Assembly: GCF_009914755.1 (NCBI RefSeq)
Contig: NC_060941.1
Source of the DNA: the human T2T-CHM13v2.0 reference genome, Homo sapiens
Length of the DNA: 64,000 bases
Reading direction: 5' to 3' (one strand)
The translations under genes were made by a program, and so were the position numbers. Position 1 is the stretch's first letter. Every line of letters begins with the position of its first letter. Shown here one piece after another: positions 29,531 to 52,470 of the stretch. The notes below the pieces were generated by a model that searched no databases, had not been told where the DNA came from, and worked only from the letters and a program-made list of their open reading frames with translations.

Positions 29531-29879
29531 ATCAGAACTACAAATATGTAATATTATTAGTCGGTATTATATAGAATCTTTTATCAGCAGCAGCTAAAGG
29601 TAAGAACTACAAATATGTATCCATCTGCTGCTGTTACTACTACTACAGCTGCTGCTACTTCTACTACCACTTGGCGCTTAAACTCTAAGGTATGCCAGAT
29701 ACTCTCAGCACTGTATAGATATCAACTTGTTTAATCCTCCTAACGGCCCCGTGAGATAGGTACTATTACTAACCCCATTTAACAAATAGCTAAACATAAT
29801 ACCAAGAGTTTAAAAAATCAAGGTTATACAGTTAATAAAGAGTAGAGCTATGATTAAAATCCAAGCAGTCTCAAGATAT

Positions 29880-30840
29880 GAAAATAACCTAAGTGTCTGT
29901 CAATGGATGAATAAAGAAAATGTGGTGTGTATGTGTATGTCAATGGAATATTAGCCCTAAAAAAGATCCTGCTATTTGTGACAACATGGATGAACCTGGA
30001 GGGAGGACATTATGCAAAGTGAAATATGTCAGATGTAGAAGGAAAAATACTACATGATCTCACTTATACGTGGAATCTAAAAAAGTCAAATACATAGAAA
30101 CAGAAATCAGAACAATGGTTACTGGGGCAGGGAGGTGGGGGATTTGAGGAGATGTTGATCAAAGAGTAAAAAGTTGAATCTACATAGGATGAATCAAGTC
30201 TAGAGATCTAATGAACAGCATCATGACAACAGTTAATAATACTATATTCTAGGCTGGATATTTCGATATTGGCTTTAAAATTTTCAGGTGTTCTCAACAC
30301 ACACACACACACAAAAGGTAACTATGTAAGGAGATGAATATATTAATTAGCTTGTGATATGATTTGGAAGTGTGTCCCCTCCAACTCTCATGCTGAAATG
30401 TGATCCCCCAAGTTGGAGGTGGGGCCTAGTGTAAAGTGCTTGGGTCATCAATGGCTGGTGCCCTCCTCACAGTAATGAGTTGAGTTCTTGCTCTGAGGTC
30501 ACACGAGATCTGGTTATTTAAAACAGTGTGGAACCTCCTCTGCTCTCTCCTCTGTCCTCTCTTTCCATGTGACAAGTTTGCTCTCTCTTTGTCTTCTGGC
30601 ATGCTTGTAAGCTTCTTGAGGCCCTCACCAGAAGCAGATGCTGACACCATGCTTCCTGCACAGCCTACAGAACTGTGAGTGAAAATAAACCTCTTTTCTT
30701 TATAAATTGCCCAGCCTCTGGTATTGCTTTATAACAATTCAAACAGACTATCACAGCTTGGCTGTAGTAATAATTTCACTATGTATATATATATTAAAAC
30801 ATCATGTTTTACACCTAAAATATATATAATTTTTATTTTA
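29880..30840 (+). mobile_element. L1MA/MB 3'UTR fragment interrupted by an MST LTR
   Basis: L1 3'UTR motifs on both sides of the LTR. Confidence 0.75.
30355..30755 (+). mobile_element. MST (MaLR) solo LTR
   Basis: TG...CA termini, AATAAA, 5-bp TSD GCTTG at 30350-30354 and 30756-30760. Confidence 0.9.
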
Positions 30841-30844
30841 TGTA

Positions 30845-31212
<368 letters not shown>

Positions 31213-31225
31213 TAAAAACAAAACA

Positions 31226-31530
31226 AGCCAGGTGCAGTGATTCATGCCTATAATCCCAAAACTCTGGGAGGCCCAGGCAAGAGGATCACTGGAGGCCATG
31301 AGTTTGAGACCAACCTGGGCAACACAGTGAGACCTCATCTCTACAAAAAATAAAAATAAAAAATTAGCTGGGCATGGTGTTGCACAGCTGTAGTCCTTGC
31401 TATTCAGGAGGCTGGGGTTGGAGGATCACTTGAGCCTGGGATTTTGAGGTTACAGTGGGCTATGATCACACCACTGCGTTACAACATGGGCAACACATTG
31501 AGACCCTGTGTCTACAAATAAAGCAAACAA
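31226..31530 (+). mobile_element. AluJ
   Basis: Sense Alu ~75 bp from the preceding antisense Alu. Confidence 0.88.
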
Positions 31531-32244
31531 AAACAATTCCCAAGAAAAAAAAATCTTAATCACAGCTGACTCTATACTTGATTTGTTTATCTGTGAGCTT
31601 CTACATATTTCTTTCCTTATCTTGGTGTTAGAACCCTATTTAGGTGGCTCCAGGACTGCAAAGAGGCATTTTAGAGAGAATATAAAATAAAGTGATTAGG
31701 GCATTTGCCAGAACATGAGAATGCCTAGGCAGGATTTAGCTCTACTATTTACTAGCTTTGTGATCTTAGGCCAGTTTCTTCCTTCTCAGAGTTTCCTCAT
31801 CTGTACGATGGGAATACCAATATACCTGCTTCATAATCATTGTAAGAACTCAGTAACATTCAACAAATAAATATTTATTAGACAACTAATATGCACCATA
31901 TGCTATTCTAGGCATGAGGGACACACATGAAAAAGACTGACATTACATCGTAATAGGACAGACAAATAATAAACAAGTAATCAAGTAATTTCAGATAATA
32001 GTAAGCCCATGAAGGAAAGGAAAGAAAATGAATGAGAAAACACTGTGGCAGAGCTCAACATATAGCTTACATTATAATGATGTTGATGATTATTGCAATT
32101 TAACAGAAGAAGCTTCTACATAATTTCTCCAACTATTAATATAAAGCTTCAGTGAAGATCACCAACAAAACACAAATTAAATGTACAGTAACTGAAAACA
32201 AATCTGTGGTTGCCTGGGAATGGGGGGACAGGGCAGAAAAAAGG

Positions 32245-33732
<1,488 letters not shown>

Positions 33733-34014
33733 CCCTAAGAATCCTGAAAGAACTGTAAGGAGTTGGAGAATTTACAAACATTAAAATACAGAACAGAAAA
33801 AAATGACTTTCAGATCTCTCTCTAGTCCAATTCTCTTATTTTATAAATAAGGAAACGAGGCATAGAGAGAATAGGCTTTGCCATCTCACACATTAGTAAC
33901 AGAGATGTGACAGCATTGAGGACTTCTGAGTGGGTTGCTACTGTCCTTTGTATTATACTATTGTTCCTCTTTTGTCAAAAATTGGTTTAGAAAATTCCAT
34001 ATCTTCCTTCTTTA

Positions 34015-34197
<183 letters not shown>

Positions 34198-35099
34198 CTA
34201 GAAGTTTAACTGGCTAGTTGTTCTCAAAGGCCAAAACAGCTCTATGTATTTTTTTCCTGCATCCAAAAAAAGACTATTTCTAACAGGCAATAATAAAAGA
34301 AATTTTAAAAATGCAAATAAGCACCTCATTACAACACTTAAAGGAAATAGAACATAGTAGTGACTCATGAATCTTAGCCAAACTATCTTTAATTAGTGAT
34401 GTATCAAAATTAGAGTATTGTAAAATGAACTTCTCATAAAATAGTCCCATCATATGGACATCAAATATAGCAATATTGGAAAGTCCAATCTTATATCTAA
34501 TTGGAAAATAAAAGTAAATCAAAATTTAAGCATAATTCTACATTGAAAAGAACTCAGAATAAAACTTTTAATGTAAACAGTCATGATTTCCTACAGGATG
34601 GAATAAATTACTCGATTACTATTATCACTGTTACTTACTAGATATTTGATAAACCAAGTTGCCTTTGATTAAATTTCTTTTATAAATACCACTAAGTTTT
34701 CTTTCCAAACTGTATCCATGCTTTTCCTATTTGTGAAAAATCTATTCACTATATAATTGGGGAGAAAAGCATTTCTATTGATAATCTCATTCCCGCCAAA
34801 AATGAAATGAGAACCAGTGAAGTGAGGGAATAAATGTTTTATGTTGAGCCCTACCTGATGACATGCAAATCTATGAATACATTTTGTCGGGGGGAAATCT
34901 CTATAGGTTCACACCTCATTTGTCATTGGTACTTTGATAAAATAAACTAGTTCATTCTATTTCTAAAAACAAGGCTGAATTATAGAAATTTATAAAGACT
35001 GTAAGTGGAACAGTTAAACTACATAAGACTTCAAGAACCTTGAGTATACTCAATTAAAAGTACCCAGTTACTTACCTACAAATAACATCCTAATTAATA

Positions 35100-35474
<375 letters not shown>

Positions 35475-36048
35475 TAACTAAATCTATTAAAATCCCAGCC
35501 TTCCTATCTCACTGCCATGAATTCTGAGAAAATATTGTGTTCATCTGCATCCAAATTTCATTTAAAATATCTGGTAATTCAAGCCTTTTAGTAATTTTTA
35601 GAAATAAATATACATATTTTATCATGTATCAATCTTAAAAACTCAGTAAGAATACATCTTGTCATTACATTAAAACTATCAATTCCAAAATATCCATAAC
35701 ATGAATAATCATATCAAAGGTATTTTAGCCAAAAGGAAATGCTATTTTAAGATAAAAACAATGGAGGAGTTAAAAAGTACAAAGTAGTATATCACTAAGA
35801 TATGCCTTAAGTAAATATTTTACTATCAAATTCCTCATATATAAGAAACACCATGCAGTTTCACTTGAACGACATGTTACTGTGAATAATCTGCTATAAT
35901 AAACTCCTTTGTAACAAGTAACTCTACAAAATGAAATTACAACAAATTATTAATTTATGGCTGTCACATGACCCAACTAATCTCCACAAGTGCATTAAAA
36001 ACATGATACTTGACTACCATGTTCAGCTGTAACTAACTGGGTTATTTA

Positions 36049-36198
<150 letters not shown>

Positions 36199-37045
36199 TT
36201 ATATAAGTAATTTAAAAAAAACAGCATAAATAACTTACAGGTAGGCAATTTTTCTAGAAGAAAACTGGAACCAGGATGTAAGGCTTATTTCTAGAAATTT
36301 CATACCATAATCTAAAACATGAAACTTAAACATGTTTAAAAAGTACTTCTCTACCATTCAGTTTACTTTACCAAAGATTCTGAGAAACATGCTTTCAATA
36401 GGAAAAGTCCAATTTGATTTTTTAAATCGCCTTATGTACTTGTAGACTACTCCCAATAACATGATTTAAAATGTATAACTGCAAGGATCTCTGAAGAAAA
36501 TATATTTCATGTCTGTAAAAATCTTTCTTTACAGTATCAACGTTTCTTCCCTACTAAGTTTCTCCACGTTCTTTAGAGCAAAACCATTGATTATAGAATC
36601 AAGCTCATATAATCTGTCTTTTAATCCCATAATCCTGAAAGCTCCTTCTCAAGGTCATCCAGGACCTCTTAATCACCAAATAACATTAATTATCCCAATC
36701 TTACAAATGTGAACACTAGGTTTTTAAAAGTCTAGTAGCTTGCCCAGTATCATACAGTTATTAAATGGTAGAGCCTAGACATGACTGAATCCTGCTGTGT
36801 GACTCCAACATCCATACATGTAACCTCTTAGGCATACAGCCAACACTGTCTTCTTGGAACACAGCAAACACATTTTCTTCTTCCTTAATGTCTGTAACAC
36901 TGCTCTTAACTATTCTCATACATTGGTTTCTCCCTTTTCCTAAATATAAATATTCTTAAAGGTACCCTCCTTCCTCTTTGCTTCTCTCTAAGCATTCTCT
37001 CCACTCCCATGGCTTGAATTAATTTAACAATCTTTTTTAACCATC

Positions 37046-38257
<1,212 letters not shown>

Positions 38258-38779
38258 TTATGAGTCATGTTTCTTTCTTTATAAGGTTCTTAGAAACACA
38301 GTTTGAAAACCACTATACTCTAAAAATCCTAATAGTTTTGCCTATCAGAAGTAGGTCTTTAATCTACCTTGAATGGGCTTTTGTATATGGTATAAAGTAG
38401 GGCTCCAATTTCAATTTTTTCCATATGGACATCTAACAGGCCTAGCACCACCCAAGTTCTTCCTTTCCCCTACAAGCTGTAGGGGCACTTCTATAAAAAT
38501 ATCAAGTTTCTGGATACATGTGGGACCAAATTAGGGTTCTCTATACTTTTATATGAGTCTATCACTGTGCTAACCTCAGTCTGTCTTAATTACTCTATAT
38601 TTACACACAATAAATCCGTATATTTGGTGGATCAAATCTCTCACCTTGACCTGCTTCTTCAAAAGCATCCTGGCTATCCTTAGTCCTTTGCATTTCCATA
38701 TATATTTTAGATAAGATAGGTAATTTTGAGCTCTGCATGTCCAGGCAACCAGTAAAATAACCACAAAATAAACCTAGAT

Positions 38780-39010
38780 CAGTGATTCTCAACCAGGCCA
38801 ATTTTAACACCACCACTTCTCATCCCAGGCATACTGGGCAATGTCTGGAGACATTTTTCGTTGTCACAAAAAGAGCAGAGGTGGAAATACTACTAGCATC
38901 CAGTGCATAAAGGCCAGAAGTATTGCTAAACATCTCACAAGGGAGAGCTCCTACAACAAAGAGTTATCCCACTCAAAATGTTAATAGTGCCACTGTGGAG
39001 AAACTCTGTC
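38780..39010. mobile_element. MER20 hAT-Charlie MITE
   Basis: cagtgattctcaacc...ggcaatgtctggagacatttt...aatagtgcc...gagaaactctg. Confidence 0.85.
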
Positions 39011-39299
39011 CCAAATAAATACGGGGCAAACTGACATGGGCCTATTAAGAGGGTAGGGAATGTCCACCCAAAATGATCATTTAGTTTTAGAAAACTGAAC
39101 TGCCATGTGCCAAATAAGGGTAACCCCAATTCATAAAAATAAAAATCATATTATCATCACATACAAAAAGGCTTATCTTCCTGGTCTTGATAGCAAGGGA
39201 GTTTGAAGGAAGTTCATCAAAGGGGTAAAATCTTTAAGATACAAAGTTAAAAAGAAAGAAGATATCTCCCGATTATGTTTTTTTAAAATCTTCAAGAAA

Positions 39300-42600
<3,301 letters not shown>

Positions 42601-43972
42601 GGTTGTATATAAATATTATACACCAGAATTCCTATAATTAGCTGAAAATTAATCCCATTCATTCCTAACAACAAATATTTATCTAGCACCTACCATATGC
42701 CAGGCACCCTGCTAGAGTTCTAGGGATACAATGGTAAGCAAATTGACAATATTCCTAACCTCATGAAGTAGTCTGCCAAGGAAGCAGAGATTAATAAAAG
42801 ATTTAGACAGACACATATAATACAAACTGTAACAAGTGCTATAAAGGAAAGGTACACAAGGAGAAGACAGACTATAATAGGAAAATCAAATCTACTCTGA
42901 CAGAAAAATCAGTGATGGATACCCCAAGGAAGTCACATGTAAACTGAGGAAGAAAAGGATAATAAATTGAAGATGGAACTTTGCTCAGAAGAGACACTAA
43001 TAGAAGCAAAGGCTCTGAGGAAGGAGAAAGCATAAATCTTTGAAGGAAAGGGAAGAAATCCAAAAGGCCAAAATCAAAACAATGTAGACAACACTATTGG
43101 TCACCTATTTAATAACTGTTCCACTTCTCTTTCCTCATTCCTACCAGAAGTTCAATCATCTACCCTCCTCTATATAGTCACATGCTTTAGAGGAAGCTGA
43201 CTCCATCCTTGATTTTAGGAAATGGATACTCTTTGTTTTGACTTAAGTCAATCATGGCAACCTCTGTCTCCCTGCCAGTGACTGGTAAAGGAATAGCATG
43301 AGTAAAAGCAGAAAAAAGCGTTATTGGATGCTCTAAACAAGAAATGGTAGTTTGGACTATGGAGGTACCAATGGATATGGAGATGTACATGAAGAAATAA
43401 GAAAGAGCAAAGTGTCCAGGATGTTCCCTAGGTTTCTTAGGTAAATAATAGTCTATCCTTTCTATACAGCCAAAAGCAGGTGAAATATTTTTTAAATATA
43501 TTATTAATAATCTTATGTTACTCTTAATGTATTTCTCTAAAATTAGTAAAAATTATTTAAAGATCACACATAAACATACCTGATACTTATGTAGGATACT
43601 GGCCTCAGAAGGCCAGGCAAACTTATCAAGAATGAATCAATGAGGCTAATTAGATTTCGTCTTAGGATACAAACATTGTTTTATAGAATTCTAACATATA
43701 ATTAACAATAATGGCTACAAATAACATCAATTTTGGAAAATCATTTATTTTGCCTTGCCTTCCTTAAAAAATTATTTAGGACAACAAAATGTCTCAATAA
43801 ATTAAAAGTCAAACCAAGAATTTAAAAACGTCTATGGATTTTTGACCACTCTGTGCTATTTTAAAATCATTCCAGAGAAACTAGATAGAGATATATAATC
43901 AGTTATGCTAACCAAACTTATATAAATTAGGGCTTATAACAGTAATAATTAAGACTCTTATTACAGATATCA

Positions 43973-44194
<222 letters not shown>

Positions 44195-44330
44195 TTATAA
44201 TATATCTAATTAAATAAACATCAATCATTCTCTACAGCCCAGTTCACCCAGGATTGGGAGGTTTCCTAAGATAAAAGATTTTTAGGGCTAACACCAGGAA
44301 GGTACCTGGCAAACCTGGACAAGCTGGTCA

Positions 44331-44684
<354 letters not shown>

Positions 44685-45317
44685 TTATAGGGAAATTATC
44701 ACCCATTTATGTAATCTGTAAAAATCTAATAATCTAAGATTAATAATGTAATAAAAGTACAACTACTCAAGTATTCATTTATATTAAGATTTATCTAAAA
44801 TTCAAGAATGGATTGAAACAAGGACATAAAGTATATCCTTAATTACTACTCTTTCCCTAAATGAAGAATTTGAAAGTTCAATATATTAGATAATAATCTA
44901 ACACATAAGGGTTAAATCATTCCCCCAATTATACTTCTATTTCAAATAGAAACATGTTTTTTGATGTATTAATTCTGATACTTGCATCAAAATACATTTT
45001 AAGGTCAATATTCAAATCAATAAAATAGGTAATTTTAGTGCTAAATATAATACCAAATTGTAATAAGTTTACATTGTGTGCCTACATTGTATACAAATGT
45101 ACAATTCATATACCCCCAAAAAAGCTAAATAATTTATTTTTAAAAATAATCAGTATTGACATTGTTTTCCCATTTGTACCATATAAATATTCCTAATTCT
45201 ATTTTCCAGACATCTGCCATTAAGACCTGAAGTTAGTACCGATAAACTCATTTTTCCCAAAATTAACGTCAGTGAGAATCAAAATGAACAACCAAAAGCT
45301 TATGAAGTATTTACTGT

Positions 45318-45613
<296 letters not shown>

Positions 45614-45859
45614 TTAATATACTCTTATTAGTAACAAACATTTCATTTTAAAAATGTATCTATATACCTATATACACATACATACATACATACACATACC
45701 ATGTTTAACCTCAATTCTCCTAATACTTTAGGTTAAAGCCATCTAATGTAACTAAAATGTATCCAATATTATATTTCTGATTCATTATGTAGTTTATATA
45801 GTCTTTCATAGAAGTAAATATTAATAGGCATTTGTTAGCAAACAAAGTAAAAATAGTTT

Positions 45860-46490
<631 letters not shown>

Positions 46491-46731
46491 CAAGTCTTTA
46501 TGTACTTTCCGACTCATCAAAAGACTAAATTATGTTCAATACTATTTTAGCATTAATTAAACATATTTTGCTATATTGAAACTCTTTTGGAAGATTTATA
46601 ACTTATTTCAAAGAAACATCTTTAAACAAATATTTAAGTTAGCGACAGCATGGCTGAACCAGTCTGGATAAAGAATACTGTATTATATTTTCTCAGATCC
46701 CAGTAAGTAACCTGAAGATATCAAGCAACTA

Positions 46732-46848
<117 letters not shown>

Positions 46849-47159
46849 CTATGAACACAGAAACCAATGAAAATAATAAACATATTAACTTTATAAAGGT
46901 CTCTCTCCATCTGAAGTTTAAATAGAACAGCAAGGAAAAGTGAGATTGCACTCCAGGGAACACAACAATAGCAGAAGGAACTCATATTTAGTTAAATCCA
47001 AACTGTATTCCTTTACACCTCTCCCTAAGATTATCTTACTAAAATATCAAGCACAAGAGAAGAAATGAAAAGAGGAATCTGTGCCAGAATTATGCAAGCA
47101 TCAATGATTTCTGTAAAACCAGAATACATTACTACCTATCAATATATTTGATGAAAACT

Positions 47160-47950
<791 letters not shown>

Positions 47951-48357
47951 TAATCTTGTTACCAGTAAATAAGATATGAAGTACATATGGCAAAATAGCT
48001 GTAACAAAACTGGAAAGCTGGTTTACTCAAATTTGTATATTAATTTTCTACATGATCCAAACAAAACAATGGTGAGAAAAATAGTATTCTGTGTAAAAGA
48101 TAGTAAATACTCTGTTTTTACTTAAAAGTATAGCAGTTTTTCATTAAAAGTATAGAAATTCCAAATGAGCTGAGAACATTTTTCAGAATGTTCTTCTTTG
48201 CCTTAACCACAGATATATACAGTTTAGCTGCAATCAGTAGTTTCCCAGAGGTTAGATATTCTTCCAAGTGAACCCAGAAAATATTCTCCATTTACTGAGA
48301 ATATGAATGCAGTCAAATACTCAATGTACTTTATGGGTCATAAGTATCTATATCTTA

Positions 48358-48498
<141 letters not shown>

Positions 48499-49899
48499 TC
48501 AGATTCCTAACTACAACAGAAATGAAAATGTCAAATATTGAGACACGCCTTACAAAGAAAACCAGAGAACCAAAACTAAGGGAGAAATCTGGAAACAGAA
48601 ACTGGAATTAATAAAAGTATAAACAAAACAAATGGAAACAAAATAATTTCCTAGTCTTATAAATCACAGCGGTCAAGAGCATGTCTTAGAGTCTAACAAA
48701 TCTAGATTTGTATCCTTCACTCTGCCAGGTATTAGTTGTGTGACTTCGGGAAAGTTAGTTACCTTCTCTAAGCCACAGTGACTGCATGTACCCCATAGGA
48801 TTGTGGTAATGATTAAGTGAAATAATGTGCAAATATGATAAAGTACATACCAGATTAAACATGAGCTCTTGTAACAGTTAGATCAGATGTAATCAACCTA
48901 CAGAAACAAATAAGTTCCTGAGGCCTCTCTCTCTACAACTCCGTAGCATCACTCTTTCTCCAGTTCTTCCCCTTTGTGTTACCCCTTTCTGCAGTCCTCC
49001 AGTTAGAAGAAAAAAGCTGTTGACCAGAAGTCAGGAAGCATAGGTTCTATACCAGGTTTTGGTATACTGCCTGGTATGTTATCTTTGACTCAGGTATGTT
49101 ATCTTTGACATATCTTTTTACTTCTCTAGTCTAAGATCCTTACCTGTGATAACCCCTAATTTAATTTAAAGGCTGTTATAAGAAAGAGAATGCCTTGGCA
49201 CATAGTAGGCACTCAAAAATGTTATTTGAAGATCAGTAGAGTATTATAGAAACAGGATGGGCTTTGGAGTAAGGCAATCCTAAGTTTGAATTCCACTGTG
49301 TGAATCACTTAACTTCTCAGAGCTTGTTTCTCCATATATGGAATTGAAATACTACTACTTACCTGACAGGGTTTTTATGAAAATTAGCCAGGGCAGAATG
49401 TACCTAACCCAGGATCTGATACAGATGAGGATCACTTTAATCCTCACCTCTTCTAAACCACTTTTCTTAACCTAGGATCCACGGATGTAATTCAGAGACA
49501 ATGACCTCTTGAAATTGCAAGCATAAGTTTCTGTACATGATTGCATTTTTCTGAAGAAAAAGTCCATAGATTTCTCTTCCCGTAAATATATCTCAAGGAA
49601 ATCAAAATAGCGGGGGAAATTACATGCACTGTTATTAAATAAGGAATTATTTGCAGTCGTGGGAAAAAATTGTAAATTCAACCTGGGGACGAAGAGATGG
49701 TTAAAATAGCAATTCAATAGATTATGAAGCCAATAATAACATTCACCACTGCTTGTGTGCTCCAAAAGAAGAACCATTATTCTAGGGTATTTTCCAGCTC
49801 TAACATTTTGCGATTCTATCTGTAAAGCTCTGAGAATGAGGTATGGTGGAATCTAACCTCTTAATATGAATCAACAACTCAACGCTGGCCTAGTTACTC

Positions 49900-50950
49900 A
49901 GATATAATCTAGAAATCAGCCCGTCCTGTACCCCGGCTGTGGCAACAATAGTGTCAAAATGGGGTAGCTTCCCCCAAACATTGCATAAAGGATAAACACA
50001 CCCCTCTGCCTCCCGCCAAGAATTAACGCAGCGCCCGGGCTAAGAACAGGCCTGCGCTCAAAGGAGGTAAGGATAGGCTCCCTCCTCAGGTTTTCTGCCC
50101 CGTATCTCCCTCCTCCCCCAGCCAGTTGAGATCCCCGAGACCCTGGTGATCCAGTCACCACCCATGGGCCCGCAGGCTGTGCAGAAGAACTCAAGCCCTT
50201 TCCGTGGACTTCCCTCCGACTTGCCTGTCTGGAGGGAAACCGAAGCAACGCTCTGAGCTCCGATTCACTGAAGAAAAGGAAAGGAAACCGACTTCTGAGA
50301 GCAAATAAAGCGGAGCCCTGGAAGAGAAGAAAGGGCACGAGCCCTTCCTCCTCCCTCTTCCTGGGGGTGCTGCTACTTCCCCGGCCTTGTGTGCAGGACT
50401 GGGGCCGCCGTTACCTTTCCTCGACCCACCAGACCCCTCAACCACACAACCCGAGACGAATTCCCGCCTCCCGCCCCCTCGACTCCCAGCGCCCAATAGC
50501 CCAGCGAGCTCGACCAATCACCCGCCAAGGCCAGGAATCAACCAGTCCCGGTGCGAGGTGAGGGGGCGAGAACTTCGGCATCCAATGGAAGTCTCCGAAA
50601 AAAAAAAAAAAAAACAAGGGCTCAAGGTACGCGGCGGAAGGTTGTCGCCACTCCAGCAAATCCCTAGTGTTTGTTTAAAGTAGAAAGTCGTCTCAGTTTG
50701 ACTTTTGAAACCGGCGATAGAGTCTATGCAGCAAATTCCTTGGAAACTGGAAGTCTCATTCTTCACGTCCGTAGACCAGCGGAAAGGAAGTATCTTTAAG
50801 CTTTGCCAAGTTCTTTGAGCATTTATCAGTGCCACTCAATTTAAATTACCCAGCTTTGCAGTAGCCAGGATAGCGAAGACTCAGGCGGGAATTGCCAGAC
50901 TGCTGAGCCAAACTTAAGTAAGAAGGCTCTGTGACATCGGGCTACAATCT
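49900..50950 (-). promoter_or_regulatory. BRIP1: BRIP1 CpG-island promoter with E2F-like sites, GC boxes and CCAAT boxes
   Basis: Only CpG-rich non-Alu region in the window; TTCCCGCC at 50461-50468; CCAAT at 50493, 50514 and 50582; GCGGCGGAA at 50631-50639; TTTGAA (CHR-like) at 50704; A17 tract at 50598-50614. Confidence 0.88.
50225..50500 (-). other. BRIP1: BRIP1 exon 1 (non-coding 5'UTR); upstream boundary (TSS) approximate
   Basis: Lies in the CpG island; on the minus strand ends ...TTTCCCTCCAGACAG|gcaagt (GC donor), which joins to exon 2 TTAGGAATCTG as in the BRIP1 mRNA I recall. Confidence 0.85.
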
Positions 50951-51792
50951 ATCTTTCATAATATTCAAGGCTTTCCCGGATGCTAAAATAAGCCAGAGAC
51001 AAGCTCTCAGGGTCTCCAGTATCAGATCACTTCTACTTCCATTAAGGCTTATCCGCCTTCCATCCCTCCTAAGACCAGTTTATTATTTGCCAGTAGTACT
51101 TTAATTTACTCAAAGAAAAGGAGGTTCATCATGATCTTGCCAAATCATGTTATTTTTTTAAAAAATCTGTATAACCTAAACTTGGCTCAAATAATAATGT
51201 CTCCAAAAGGCAAAACCTCATACTGTTTCTCAAATTCAAGTAACTAGTTTGGGGAAGGAGTTTGCTGGGAAGAAAGAGCAGGAGGGGGCTAGTTGATTTG
51301 TTTGCCTCATTGTCAATTGTGATATATCTTACCAAAAATGACAAAACTTGTAGTCATAAAAATAAACTCTACCCTTTGACCTAGTAATCTGAGCTCCAGA
51401 TATTTATCCTAAAGACGTAATCTAAACGAAAGAAAATGTGATACCGCAATTGACAATAATATCTATTGGTAATACTGAAAAAAATTATGAACTTCCCAGT
51501 CTAGTAATATGGAGGTGGTTATGACAGATGAATTCAATACATTATGAAGCCAATAAACTTATAAAAATTAAACTTGCAAGAAAAAATCCCATATAAGGTT
51601 AAGTGAAAAAAGGCAAAGCAAACCCCAAACTGGGTGTTAGGGATTCAGTAATGTGAAAATACATATGAATGAGCAAAGATGAAGTAATTTACTGTTAAGA
51701 CAATGAAAGGAAGGATAATGTTTAAAAATAAATCCTTAAAAATACCTTCAAATTGTCATTTCTCTTTTATAATTTTTAAAACATCAACTCTT

Positions 51793-52109
<317 letters not shown>

Positions 52110-52283
52110 CTAGTATAACTACTCTCATTTTCCTCTCCTAAATTACTAAGAGTTTCAACTGGCTCTCACCTTGCATTGCCATTTAATGTATGTGGCATAA
52201 CAGAAAGGGATACACGTAGGCCCTGGAGCCATACAGACCTCGAATACAGTCCCTTGAACCGTTCCCTTCAGGTTAACTCTAGT

Positions 52284-52470
52284 GGAATGAAACACAAAAA
52301 CTACAGGTTCGTTTGATAAAGAATATGAATGTTTATAAACCAATATTCAAAATAGCTGCACACATCTGTTTTCACTTGAATAAAAAAACACATTGTGACA
52401 AATTTTATAACCTTAACTTAAAATACATGAATATTAACATTTACTAATATATTTACACATTTTATTTACA
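52284..52470 (-). terminator. INTS2: INTS2 distal polyadenylation region
   Basis: Minus strand: AATAAA at 52466-52461 with UGUA motifs; variant TATAAA at 52337-52332 followed ~25-45 nt later by GU-rich TGTAGTTTTTGTGTTT. Confidence 0.6.

Noticed and set aside
49073-49110. Tandem 17-bp duplication GGTATGTTATCTTTGAC
   Set aside because: Ordinary slippage duplication inside a decayed MIR
49916-50835. Overlapping 98-140 aa ORFs on both strands at the BRIP1 promoter
   Set aside because: Expected from GC-rich, stop-poor CpG-island sequence; no recognisable protein
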